From the NCBI GenBank assembly GCA_049519175.1, contig JBEKQZ010000001.1, forward strand, positions 463,679 to 527,678: a stretch of DNA of 64,000 bases, read 5' to 3'. The notes under the pieces were generated by a model. That model was given only the letters and a program-made list of their open reading frames with translations, was not told the origin of the DNA and made no database searches. Positions 36,625 to 47,006 of this stretch are shown in pieces (within the stretch, counting starts at the first letter, position 1; the number at the start of each line of letters is the position of its first letter). A program made the translations under genes and the position numbers. The DNA comes from Candidatus Levyibacteriota bacterium (lineage in GTDB: Bacteria; Patescibacteriota; Microgenomatia; Levybacterales; UBA12049).

Positions 36625-38350
36625 CTCTTAGCACTTCTTCAACCGTCGTAATGCCTTGTAAAACCTTAATGTAACCGTCTTGTTTCATCGTAATCATTCC
36701 CTCTGCAATTGCTTCTTTTTCGATTGCTCCGCTGTCGGCCCTTTGCAAAACCAGACTGGCCATTTTTTCCGTTATCGGTAGCGTCTCGAAAATTCCGATG
36801 CGGCCAAAATAGCCTGAATTACCACATTGGTCGCAACCTTTACCTTTATAAAGTTTTATTTCCTTATCAACCGGATAATATTTGTCCAATTCCTGTTTCA
36901 TTTCGTCAAGAATTTGCGCCGGAACAACGTATTCCGTTTTACAGTGGTCGCAGATTTTTCTCACAATTCTTTGTCCCACAACCGCGTTCATGGTTGATGC
37001 CAGTAAAAATGACTCCGCACCCAAATCCAAAAGCCTGGGGAGTGCGCCGGCGGCGTTGGAAGTATGCAGGGTTGAAAAAACCAAATGGCCCGTCAGAGCG
37101 GCCTGAATTGCCAAATCCGTTGTCTCTTTGTCACGGATTTCTCCAACTAGAATAATGTTAGGATCCTGCCGCAAAAATGCCCTTAACCCGTCGGCAAAAG
37201 TTAAACCGACCGCCGGATTTATCTGCACCTGATTAATGCCGGACATTTGATATTCAATCGGGTCTTCCAGAGTCATAATGTTCACCCGCGTCGTATTTAA
37301 TTTTTCCAAAACCGAGTAGAGCGTAGTTGTTTTTCCACTTCCAGTTGGTCCAACTACAATAATAATGCCGTGCGGACGAAGCATTGCCGTTTCCAAATTT
37401 TTAAGTGATGTACCGGTAAGTCCGAGTTCTTGCAGAGTCGGAACCCCACCGGATTTCCTAAGCAGCCTCATGACGATTTTTTCGCCAAAGGCTGTGGGCA
37501 AAACCGAAATACGCAAGTCCACTTCCTTATCTTCGACTTTAAAATTAAAGCGACCATCCTGCGGAGTGCGGTGCTCATCGATTTTCATTTCGGAGAGAAT
37601 TTTGATTCTGGAAATTACCGCTTCTTGCACGCTTTTTGGCAAACTCAACCGGTCATACAAAATTCCGTCAATGCGGTAACGCACTCTCACCCGGTCTTCC
37701 TGCGGCTCAATGTGCACATCTGAAGCACGACTGGTAACCGCATATTCCAAAATGGTCGAAACAATTTTGGCAATCGGCGCTTCTTTAATAATTTGGGCGA
37801 TTTGCGTCGTATCAACCGTTTTGATGGCGCTTTTATTTTCGGTTTCTTTTAACGCTTCACCGACTTCGCCGACCAATTCCTGCCTATATTGCTGATTTAT
37901 CGCCATTTCTACGTCTTTCTGCGAGGCGGCAAAAGTTTTAATCGTTAAACCGGTTTTTTCGCGGACAAAAGTTACCGCTTCCAAATCAACCGGGTTACTC
38001 ATCGCCACCGACAGCTCTTTGGTTTTATCATCGTAGGCAAACGGCATTAGCGAAAATCTTTCGGCCACCGCTCTTGGCACAAAACCGATCGCCTGGGGAG
38101 AAAAAGACGCGCCTTCCAGTGAAATAAAGGGAATACCTAAAAGCTTGGCTTTGGCCTGCGCCAATTTTTCCGGCGGAACCAGGTTTAAAGACTCGACTAC
38201 TGTTTCTTCGGAAACACCTTCGCTGGCACTTTTAACTTTAACATTATCGTATTGCTCTTTGGTAATTAATTTTTGTGAAAGCAGAGTATCCGCTAAACTT
38301 TGCGTCGAATCGAGAACCTGTGATGTTGAATTTTGAGTATCACTGGGCAT
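36611..38350 (-). CDS. pilB: type IV pilus extension ATPase PilB (GspE family)
   Basis: GPTGSGKTTTLYS and a tetracysteine zinc motif (CDHCK...CDQCGNSGY). Confidence 0.9.
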   Translation of the reverse strand: MPSDTQNSTSQVLDSTQSLADTLLSQKLITKEQYDNVKVKSASEGVSEETVVESLNLVPPEKLAQAKAKLLGIPFISLEGASFSPQAIGFVPRAVAERFSLMPFAYDDKTKELSVAMSNPVDLEAVTFVREKTGLTIKTFAASQKDVEMAINQQYRQELVGEVGEALKETENKSAIKTVDTTQIAQIIKEAPIAKIVSTILEYAVTSRASDVHIEPQEDRVRVRYRIDGILYDRLSLPKSVQEAVISRIKILSEMKIDEHRTPQDGRFNFKVEDKEVDLRISVLPTAFGEKIVMRLLRKSGGVPTLQELGLTGTSLKNLETAMLRPHGIIIVVGPTGSGKTTTLYSVLEKLNTTRVNIMTLEDPIEYQMSGINQVQINPAVGLTFADGLRAFLRQDPNIILVGEIRDKETTDLAIQAALTGHLVFSTLHTSNAAGALPRLLDLGAESFLLASTMNAVVGQRIVRKICDHCKTEYVVPAQILDEMKQELDKYYPVDKEIKLYKGKGCDQCGNSGYFGRIGIFETLPITEKMASLVLQRADSGAIEKEAIAEGMITMKQDGYIKVLQGITTVEEVLRVAQE

Positions 38351-38414
38351 TACTATAATAGTAAGAGAAAATGCGTTATAATGTCAAGGAAATTCAGGAC
38401 CTTTTTCAGAAAAG

Positions 38415-39050
38415 ATGCAAAGCATTTTAATAACCGGCAAGGATACAGAAAAATTAAGAGAAGCCGCCCGGGCCATTTGTGACGAAAATAAAGTTTCCCG
38501 TTTTGACAGGGAAATTATTGTCACCGAAAAAACGGTCGGAATAGGGGATATCCGTAAACTGCAGGAAAAATTGTTTTTAAAACCACTTGAAAGCGAAATC
38601 AAAGCGGTAATTTTGGAAGCTTTTTTCGGTATGACCACGGATTCGCAAAACGCTTTTCTAAAAGTACTGGAAGAACCACCAAGCGATACGATTATTATGA
38701 TTTTAACTTCGTCTTTGGATTTTGTTTTACCGACTGTTTTATCCAGATGTAAATTATTTAGTCTTGATCAGGTCAGAAAACTCACCGACGAAGAAATCGC
38801 TAACAATCTAAAAATTATTTCTGAACTTAAAAACGGCGGCGCGTCAAAGGCTTTAAAGATTGCCCAAAGCTATGGCAAAGATAGGGAAACGGCTTTGCAA
38901 TTTTTGGAAGGACTGATTATTAGCCTGCATACTAATCTGGAAACTGAAAATTTACAAATTTTGAAGTCTTCGCAAAAAACTTACAATATTATTAAGACCA
39001 CTAATGTTGCTCCTCGTTTCGCCCTCGAGAATCTTTTTTTAAGCTCCTAA
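38415..39050 (+). CDS. holB: DNA polymerase III delta-prime-like subunit (short)
   Basis: LKVLEEPP and SRC motifs of AAA+ clamp-loader delta-prime. Confidence 0.6.
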   Translation: MQSILITGKDTEKLREAARAICDENKVSRFDREIIVTEKTVGIGDIRKLQEKLFLKPLESEIKAVILEAFFGMTTDSQNAFLKVLEEPPSDTIIMILTSSLDFVLPTVLSRCKLFSLDQVRKLTDEEIANNLKIISELKNGGASKALKIAQSYGKDRETALQFLEGLIISLHTNLETENLQILKSSQKTYNIIKTTNVAPRFALENLFLSS

Positions 39051-39575
39051 AGGAAATTTCCCACCCGCCCAGTCTTCGGGCAGACTAAATTTTGCCAAAA
39101 CTTTTAAGTCTAAAGGGTTATTAGCCAGTTGAATTACCTGCAGTAAATCCTGTCTAGTTACTTCCGGTGGCGGAGCAGTAACCTCTTTTTCCCTGGCAGC
39201 AACAATTGACGGGTCTTCTTCTTGATGCCCACGCGAAAAGAGAATTGACGGCATACCGGCTACGGTCGGTGCAAAACGACCTCTCTTAGTCTGACTTTTA
39301 TTGGTAATTATCACTCGTAAATCCTGCTCGGAGCGTGCATCATAGTAATAAATTGAAAGTGTTGCCTTTGCTACCGTAGATCTCCGTCGGGGCCGATAGG
39401 TAAGCACTAATACCCATTGCTCATTCGGATTATGTATGCAACCAAAATCAAAATAGTCAGGACGATCACGTCTGATGTGCTCTCTGACGGCCCGCAAAGC
39501 TCCCCTCACCAGCTTAGGTCTTTCGCTTTCTCTCTCCGCTCTTTTTTTATCAAAATCTATTATTTCCGTTGTCAT
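39039..39575 (-). CDS. hypothetical protein (178 aa, Arg-rich, higher GC)
   Basis: Long ORF whose composition is atypical for this genome. Confidence 0.4.
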   Translation of the reverse strand: MTTEIIDFDKKRAERESERPKLVRGALRAVREHIRRDRPDYFDFGCIHNPNEQWVLVLTYRPRRRSTVAKATLSIYYYDARSEQDLRVIITNKSQTKRGRFAPTVAGMPSILFSRGHQEEDPSIVAAREKEVTAPPPEVTRQDLLQVIQLANNPLDLKVLAKFSLPEDWAGGKFPLGA

Positions 39576-39655
39576 CGCTTGTGAATTATAGCGCTAAGTG
39601 GAGTTGAAAACAAAAATTTTGAGTTTTTTAGGCTTATTTTGCTATAATCACACAT

Positions 39656-39847
39656 ATGGAAAAAGATAAGCAGGGTGCATCTGGATTAAGAAGATTTACT
39701 AAAAACCGCGGTTACTGGGGCACACTGCCTGGAGCAGTCAGACAAGGTCTTGAAGAAACCGGCAGCATCTCTGGCATCGCCGCTACCGTTGCGGAAATCG
39801 GAACCGCCGGGAGAAAATCTGTTGTTATAAAACCACAATCCCGTTAA
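39656..39847 (+). CDS. hypothetical small protein (63 aa)
   Basis: TATAAT at 39644-39649 lies 6 nt before the ATG. Confidence 0.35.
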   Translation: MEKDKQGASGLRRFTKNRGYWGTLPGAVRQGLEETGSISGIAATVAEIGTAGRKSVVIKPQSR

Positions 39848-39870
39848 ACTTTTAAAAAGTGGCTTATGCA

Positions 39871-39918
39871 TTTAATTAATCCTCTAGTTGATTTATTTTC
39901 TAGACTATGGTATTAAAT
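39871..39918 (+). repeat. 48-nt 5'-UTR/promoter repeat, copy 1 (TTGATT-N17-TATTAA)
   Basis: About 85% identical to copy 2 at 40617..40664. Each copy precedes a Cys-rich ORF. Confidence 0.6.
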
Positions 39919-40209
39919 AGTCCTATGGCAGACGAACGTTACAGAGGCGGTAAAGTAACAGCAGCGTGTTTTGGCAATTGCCCTAATTTACAACCGCTTC
40001 TTAAAGCAGCATTTATGGATGACGCGCATTTTGCGCCTACAGAAGGATTAGTCCGTATCCCCAATGGACGGTGTCTGGAAAAAATAGAGATTTGGAAAAG
40101 AAACGCAGGGGGCTGTTCTGGACCGGAAAGAAAAACTTCCGCAGGAACTGCTGGAGAAACAATTTTTGTCTGTCCGGTTGCCGCGACAACTTCTATGCCC
40201 AAATTGTAA
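39907..40209 (+). CDS. hypothetical Cys-rich small protein
   Basis: Five Cys (CFGNC...C...CSG...C). The start may be MADERY at 39925. Confidence 0.4.
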   Translation: MVLNSPMADERYRGGKVTAACFGNCPNLQPLLKAAFMDDAHFAPTEGLVRIPNGRCLEKIEIWKRNAGGCSGPERKTSAGTAGETIFVCPVAATTSMPKL

Positions 40210-40247
40210 AGGTTGAAATCTCAAGTTAAACTGCTATAATGCTTTTT

Positions 40248-40583
40248 ATGGCAAATCACTTTGAAGCGCTAGATTTAGACAGAGAAAGAGCGGCAATGAT
40301 TAGAAAAACAAGACCGTTCATTATAGAAGCTCTCCAGACATTGGGGAACCGGGAAGTTTCGCTGGGAGATATAAACGAAACAGTCAGAGAACTTTACCCG
40401 GATGGAAAATTCGGAATGGGAATAGTTCCGACAGTTCTGGACGAATTAGAAGGAGCTGGAATAGTTATTTGCATCCAAACTCCAGTCAATCCAAGAACAA
40501 ATGGTCATATGATAGGCAAGTCTGATTGGAGAGCACTAACTTATCGCTTCGCAGAACCGCCAGAAACCGCAATCGAACACTAA
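40248..40583 (+). CDS. hypothetical protein (about 111 aa)
   Basis: TATAAT at 40235-40240 lies 7 nt before the second ATG. Confidence 0.4.
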   Translation: MANHFEALDLDRERAAMIRKTRPFIIEALQTLGNREVSLGDINETVRELYPDGKFGMGIVPTVLDELEGAGIVICIQTPVNPRTNGHMIGKSDWRALTYRFAEPPETAIEH

Positions 40584-40616
40584 CTTAACGACTCCCGGGA
40601 GAATTTGGAATTAAGA

Positions 40617-40664
40617 TTATTTAACCCTCTAGTTGATTTATTTCTAGAACTATGATATTAAATC
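40617..40664 (+). repeat. 48-nt 5'-UTR/promoter repeat, copy 2
   Basis: See copy 1 at 39871..39918. Confidence 0.6.
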
Positions 40665-40667
40665 TCC

Positions 40668-40997
40668 ATGGCAAGTCCTTATACTGAAATTAATCCAAGA
40701 TGTCGTGATTGTCCACGAATAAAAGATGCCTATCGAAGAGCAGCCGCTTTTACGATTACTACACCAATGCTATTTGCTAGTTTTCCTTCCTTAATCATTC
40801 CAGACGAAGAAGGATTACGGTTACAACAAAAAACAATTGAAGACTCTGCCAATTGTCCGGGAATAACGGAAGAAGTTATTCTTGTAAAAAAGGGTTTGCC
40901 CTGGAATAGAAAAACAGTCCAAGAACGAGTACCAGGATGCGGGCTTAGTCAACCGCCCCCGCCTTGCGTTATTCCTTCTGAACTCGTAGAAGTTTAA
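40668..40997 (+). CDS. hypothetical Cys-rich small protein (109 aa)
   Basis: Six Cys (CRDC...C...CGL...C). Confidence 0.4.
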   Translation: MASPYTEINPRCRDCPRIKDAYRRAAAFTITTPMLFASFPSLIIPDEEGLRLQQKTIEDSANCPGITEEVILVKKGLPWNRKTVQERVPGCGLSQPPPPCVIPSELVEV

Positions 40998-41029
40998 ATT
41001 AAAACCGAAAATGCTATAATCTTTTTACT

Positions 41030-41230
41030 ATGCATGAAAGCGAACCAAACATAAAACCAACGAGAGAACCTCCAGCGATGCCGCCGGCACACCCGGGAGA
41101 AACCTCAAGAAGACAAGCGCCCGGATTTTTACAGACAGTTTCCGAAGTAATCAGAGACTATCCTTTTGGATTTTATTCCGCGTTAAGTGACCTCGTTCGT
41201 GGTAGGGGAGAGTTTGCAAAAAAAGAATAA
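41030..41230 (+). CDS. hypothetical small protein (66 aa, Pro-rich N-terminus)
   Basis: TATAAT at 41015-41020 lies 9 nt before the ATG. Confidence 0.35.
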   Translation: MHESEPNIKPTREPPAMPPAHPGETSRRQAPGFLQTVSEVIRDYPFGFYSALSDLVRGRGEFAKKE

Positions 41231-41233
41231 CCG

Positions 41234-41262
41234 CGAAGAAAATTTGGGGCTGAAGTTTATGG
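41234..41262 (+). repeat. intergenic repeat family, copy 1 (…GAAAATTTGGGGC…)
   Basis: Core GGGGAAAATTTGGGG-like element. All six copies lie on the same strand. Confidence 0.55.
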
Positions 41263-41278
41263 GTTTTATGGATTTTCC

Positions 41279-41707
41279 TTAAACCAGCAAAGACGAAGAC
41301 GGTGCCGTCAGGACAATCCGAATAAGACTACCTGGGCCAACTCGTGCTTCATCAAGCGTAGTTTGTAGCTCTCTTTGCTTCTTTACAAAATCTTGCGCCA
41401 ATGCAGATTCTTCCCTTTCTAATTCATGCTTGCCTTGATTAAGCGCGAGCTTTCTTACATCCGAATCCAAAACGCCGCGAACAGTTCCATCGTCTAAGTC
41501 TTGCCCTATAATCGAGGTAGCATCCGCTAATGATAAACTAACGCCTAGAGACATTGGATGTTTTGGATCTCCGTAAAAAACCTGAGCCTCAACCGTTCTT
41601 ACGCTACGAATCCTAAAAGGAGTATCACCTGAAACCGGCGTTGACTCTGGAACATTAGGGGCACCTTGCGAACCTCTTTCCTTTCCTCTGCCGAAAAATC
41701 CTGCCAT
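41279..41707 (-). CDS. hypothetical protein (142 aa)
   Basis: ORF between repeat copies 1 and 2. Confidence 0.4.
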   Translation of the reverse strand: MAGFFGRGKERGSQGAPNVPESTPVSGDTPFRIRSVRTVEAQVFYGDPKHPMSLGVSLSLADATSIIGQDLDDGTVRGVLDSDVRKLALNQGKHELEREESALAQDFVKKQRELQTTLDEARVGPGSLIRIVLTAPSSSLLV

Positions 41708-41756
41708 TTTGCAATAATAGCACTAATTTATGCATTGTCAATACTATAAGCAACTT

Positions 41757-41782
41757 TGCCGGGGAAAAGTTGGGATTGGAAT
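41757..41782 (+). repeat. intergenic repeat family, copy 2 (GCCGGGGAAAAGTTGGGATTGG)
   Basis: It shares AAGCAACTTTNCCGGGGAAAA with copy 6. Confidence 0.55.
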
Positions 41783-41787
41783 TTAAA

Positions 41788-42114
41788 TTACCTATGTTGA
41801 TTTTTCTTCAAACTTTTTGCTGCAATAACCAAAGATATTACACCTGCAGCACCGATAACAGGACCCAAAACCATACTTCCTACGGCACCATGAACTAGGT
41901 CTTGGTATCCCGAATCTGCCAGAGTAACCTCTTGCCCCGTTTGTCCAGCGTAAACAAGAATATTAGACGCTTGTTTTATTTCGTCAGTCCCTTTATCAAA
42001 CAACTTAATTGATAAGGCTGAAATCGCAAGCGAACCAGCGACAAGAGTCGAACCCCCGGCTATTAAAGGCAGCGCTTCTATTTCCTTAGCGTTCATAGGA
42101 AGCAGATTATACAA
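41788..42114 (-). CDS. small membrane protein
   Basis: Two hydrophobic segments. Confidence 0.4.
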   Translation of the reverse strand: MYNLLPMNAKEIEALPLIAGGSTLVAGSLAISALSIKLFDKGTDEIKQASNILVYAGQTGQEVTLADSGYQDLVHGAVGSMVLGPVIGAAGVISLVIAAKSLKKNQHR

Positions 42115-42128
42115 TAAATCGGTAAATT

Positions 42129-42168
42129 AGGGAAAATTTGGGGCGGAAAACCCGTAGTGGTATAATCC
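42129..42168 (+). repeat. intergenic repeat family, copy 3, fused to TTGGGG-N17-TATAAT
   Basis: AGGGAAAATTTGGGGCGGAAAACCCGTAGTGGTATAAT. The ATG lies 6 nt after the TATAAT. Confidence 0.6.
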
Positions 42169-42172
42169 GGTT

Positions 42173-42691
42173 ATGCAGATTAATTTTTATCCCGAATACG
42201 ATAATTCGGATTTTGAAAAAGCCGCTAAGGAATATGCAAACATCTGGAGCGAAGAAGGACAACGGATAACCGAAACAATCGAAAAGATAAGCGGATTAAA
42301 ATTTAGAGAAAAAACTATCAACGCTGTTATTCACAATCGGATTTCCTACTCGCACCCGTTACAGCTACAAACCGGGCTTTCTCTTGAAGAAAAGAGAGGA
42401 ACAATAACGCATGAATTATGTCACAGATTGTTATTGGCAAATGAAATTAAATGGGAAAAAATTAAAGGGAAGAATGGCTTCTACCTGCTTGCTCATAGAC
42501 CTGTAGATTTAATTCTTTATGATATTTGGATTAAACTTTATGGAGAAAATTTTGCTAAAAAACACGTCAAGTATGAGATCGCTCTTTGGGATGTAAAGGG
42601 AATAAGTCCATATAAGATTGCCTGGGACTGGGCTTTGGGAATGACAAAAGACAAACGCCACCAGGAATTTCAAAAATACCTCCAAAAATAA
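42173..42691 (+). CDS. putative HExxH zinc metallopeptidase-like protein
   Basis: THELCHRLL contains an HExxH motif. Confidence 0.4.
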   Translation: MQINFYPEYDNSDFEKAAKEYANIWSEEGQRITETIEKISGLKFREKTINAVIHNRISYSHPLQLQTGLSLEEKRGTITHELCHRLLLANEIKWEKIKGKNGFYLLAHRPVDLILYDIWIKLYGENFAKKHVKYEIALWDVKGISPYKIAWDWALGMTKDKRHQEFQKYLQK

Positions 42692-42724
42692 CCGGGGAAA
42701 CTTTGGGGCGAAAATCTCGTTTGA
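42692..42724 (+). repeat. intergenic repeat family, copy 4
   Basis: CCGGGGAAACTTTGGGGCGAAAATCTCG. Confidence 0.55.
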
Positions 42725-42734
42725 GAATATCTAC

Positions 42735-43166
42735 TTAAGCCTTTACGGGGACACCATTTACTGCTTGAAGCATTGTTCTAATACGCATCAGTGTTGGTAT
42801 TCCGACAGAGCACAACTCACTATCGGAAATTAGCCATCTTTTTTGATCCCATAATAATCTTCCATTTATTCGTCCAACATCAGCTATATCTCCCTTAGCT
42901 GTAAGGTAATGCCGTACGCCTCTTTTTCCAGGAGTTACAGGCCATAGTCTTACCATTCCATCTAAACATTCAATCTTAGAAACAACTGGGACCTCTATAA
43001 AGACTCCTAAAATATCTAAGTATTTTGCGCCTCGAGCAAGACCTTTTTTAACGGCTCCTGCCCTGCGGTAATTGCCACATTCCGAGCCTAATTCATGCCA
43101 AATCCTATCCATGTCTGCAACTGCGGCACTTAAGAAAGCTGAGCTATTCTGTTCAACAGTCATCAT
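42735..43166 (-). CDS. hypothetical protein (143 aa)
   Basis: ORF between repeat copies 4 and 5. Confidence 0.4.
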   Translation of the reverse strand: MMTVEQNSSAFLSAAVADMDRIWHELGSECGNYRRAGAVKKGLARGAKYLDILGVFIEVPVVSKIECLDGMVRLWPVTPGKRGVRHYLTAKGDIADVGRINGRLLWDQKRWLISDSELCSVGIPTLMRIRTMLQAVNGVPVKA

Positions 43167-43216
43167 AAGAGCTAAGATTATAGCAAAAATTAATCTAAAA
43201 TACTATAGGAATAGTC

Positions 43217-43240
43217 CGCGGGGGAAATTTGGAGAACTAT
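43217..43240 (+). repeat. intergenic repeat family, copy 5 (degenerate)
   Basis: CGCGGGGGAAATTTGGAG. Confidence 0.4.
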
Positions 43241-43611
43241 GTTCTATCTAAACTTTTAGGGCTTGGTATGGCTCTCTCTCTTAAACCGTCTACCAGATGC
43301 AAGACCGTAGACGGAGGCAATCCTTCTTTAATCCCAAGGTCAATCAAAGCTAAAGAGCAATAAATTCCCTCCAGTTCAAGACCGTCTAGAATTATACTTC
43401 TCATTTCGTCTCTTTCTTCTGGACTGGAAAGGCTTGATACCATAAAAGCTTCAAACTCTGGACCTAATTTTTCTTGCGCAGAGTTTGCATTAGCCCCAAG
43501 TTGAGTTACTCTCGCTGATAATTGACGAGCTTCATGCAGTTGTTTTTCCTGCTCTTGCGGATTCTGTCTTCCCGAACCAATTATTCTAGCTAAAATGCCC
43601 TTTTCTTTCAC
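43237..43611 (-). CDS. hypothetical protein (124 aa)
   Basis: ORF between repeat copies 5 and 6. Confidence 0.4.
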   Translation of the reverse strand: MKEKGILARIIGSGRQNPQEQEKQLHEARQLSARVTQLGANANSAQEKLGPEFEAFMVSSLSSPEERDEMRSIILDGLELEGIYCSLALIDLGIKEGLPPSTVLHLVDGLRERAIPSPKSLDRT

Positions 43612-43652
43612 ACCGTGGGATTATAACACTCGTCAGTCAAAAAGCAACTTTA

Positions 43653-43694
43653 CCGGGGAAAATTTGGGGCGGAAATCCCGTAGTGATATAATTT
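43653..43694 (+). repeat. intergenic repeat family, copy 6, fused to TTGGGG-N17-TATAAT
   Basis: CCGGGGAAAATTTGGGGCGGAAATCCCGTAGTGATATAAT. The GTG lies 6 nt after the TATAAT. Confidence 0.6.
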
Positions 43695-43698
43695 CATA

Positions 43699-44325
43699 GT
43701 GAAAATTGTTAAAGCTTTTTCCAACACGAAAGATAATACTTTTTGCTTACAAGCATGTATTCAAAGCGTTTTAAATTTCTATTTCCCCACTAAAACATTT
43801 TCTGAATCTGAAGTAAGTAAAAATACAGGATATCATCCTAAGTATTTTTCCTGGAGCCCACAGGCAGTCGTATGGCTAAATAGTTTAGGTCTCAATGTGA
43901 AATTATACTCTCCCTTCAATTACAACAGACTGGTAAATGGAGGATTAGCTTATTTGAAAGAGTTTAAGAAAGATATATACGATCTTGAGGAAAAAAGAGG
44001 TGAGTATAAATTTCTTCCAGAAATTCAAAAAGCAGCAAAAGAAATGGTCGACAGGAAACTTTGGATTGATCAATTGATGAAAATCGAAGATCTGGAAAAC
44101 CAATTAAGCAAGCAAAACACTTTATGTATCGGAAAAACCATATATGAATGGCTTGATGGACACTATATCGCTGGAACTTCTCACTTCATAGTAGTTGTAA
44201 AAAAATATTCATCTGGAATCTGGCTTATTCAGGATCCTGGACTACCTATGGTAGGAAATCGAAAAGTTAACCAATCTATTAATAACCATAGTATTTTAGG
44301 AGACATTATTCTAGTAAAAAATTAG
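43699..44325 (+). CDS. papain-like cysteine peptidase (C39_2/BtrH-N-like)
   Basis: FCLQACIQSVLNFY places the Cys at a helix N-cap, as in the C39_2 family. A His lies later in HYIAGTSHFIVVV. Confidence 0.4.
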   Translation: MKIVKAFSNTKDNTFCLQACIQSVLNFYFPTKTFSESEVSKNTGYHPKYFSWSPQAVVWLNSLGLNVKLYSPFNYNRLVNGGLAYLKEFKKDIYDLEEKRGEYKFLPEIQKAAKEMVDRKLWIDQLMKIEDLENQLSKQNTLCIGKTIYEWLDGHYIAGTSHFIVVVKKYSSGIWLIQDPGLPMVGNRKVNQSINNHSILGDIILVKN

Positions 44326-44348
44326 CTTCAGCAAATTTGAAGCAAAAT

Positions 44349-44903
44349 TTAAAGTTCGACTTCTTTTTTTAAAGGCTCTAGTCCTTTCAAAGTAACTCTC
44401 GCAATTGACATTATAGAACGGACAACTGGATTTATTCCTCCCACCTGAAGCTCTTTCCCAATCTGTTGTAAAACAAATTCTTTATCCTTTTTAGGCTTAC
44501 CCGAATGAATACTACCTTCAACGTTGCATAAAAATTTTATAAGGTCAAACACAGTAAACCAATTTCCCGATGATTTCATTACCATTGTTTTTAACATTTT
44601 GCCTCTATCAACTTCTATTGGAGCTGCTGAATAAGCAGTCTCTGGATCAAAACCATCCTGTATCGACCAAAAGACCGCTTCCTGCATTAAAGGATTAATC
44701 TGACGACCATTTATTATAAATTTAATTTTAAATCTTCCTTTTTCGTTTACTTGATCTATTAATGGATAATCATCAAGTAATAATTTTCTCAAAAGACCTG
44801 CAATCATTAAGATTTCATAAGCATCTTGAGAGCTTAATCTATTTTTTATATCTTCAAGAGTTTTTATAAATAGAACCTTTTTATCCATAAAAAAATTATA
44901 CAC
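44349..44903 (-). CDS. hypothetical protein (about 180 aa)
   Basis: Long ORF. The start may be MDKKVLF. Confidence 0.4.
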   Translation of the reverse strand: MYNFFMDKKVLFIKTLEDIKNRLSSQDAYEILMIAGLLRKLLLDDYPLIDQVNEKGRFKIKFIINGRQINPLMQEAVFWSIQDGFDPETAYSAAPIEVDRGKMLKTMVMKSSGNWFTVFDLIKFLCNVEGSIHSGKPKKDKEFVLQQIGKELQVGGINPVVRSIMSIARVTLKGLEPLKKEVEL

Positions 44904-45005
44904 CTTACCCCTAGAAATTTGGTCTCAAATTTGCTCCGTTCGACACCACTCAGGATCGCAGTTAGGCCTTAATTCCTACTGGAATTTTAAGCCTAACTTT
45001 GCTAA

Positions 45006-47006
<2,001 letters not shown>

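Noticed and set aside
41234-43694. Possible CRISPR array or integron attC sites, suggested by the six-copy repeat
   Set aside because: The repeats are imperfect and irregularly spaced (370-560 nt), with full-size ORFs in between rather than short unique spacers. No RYYYAAC/GTTRRRY attC cores and no cas or intI genes are present in the window.
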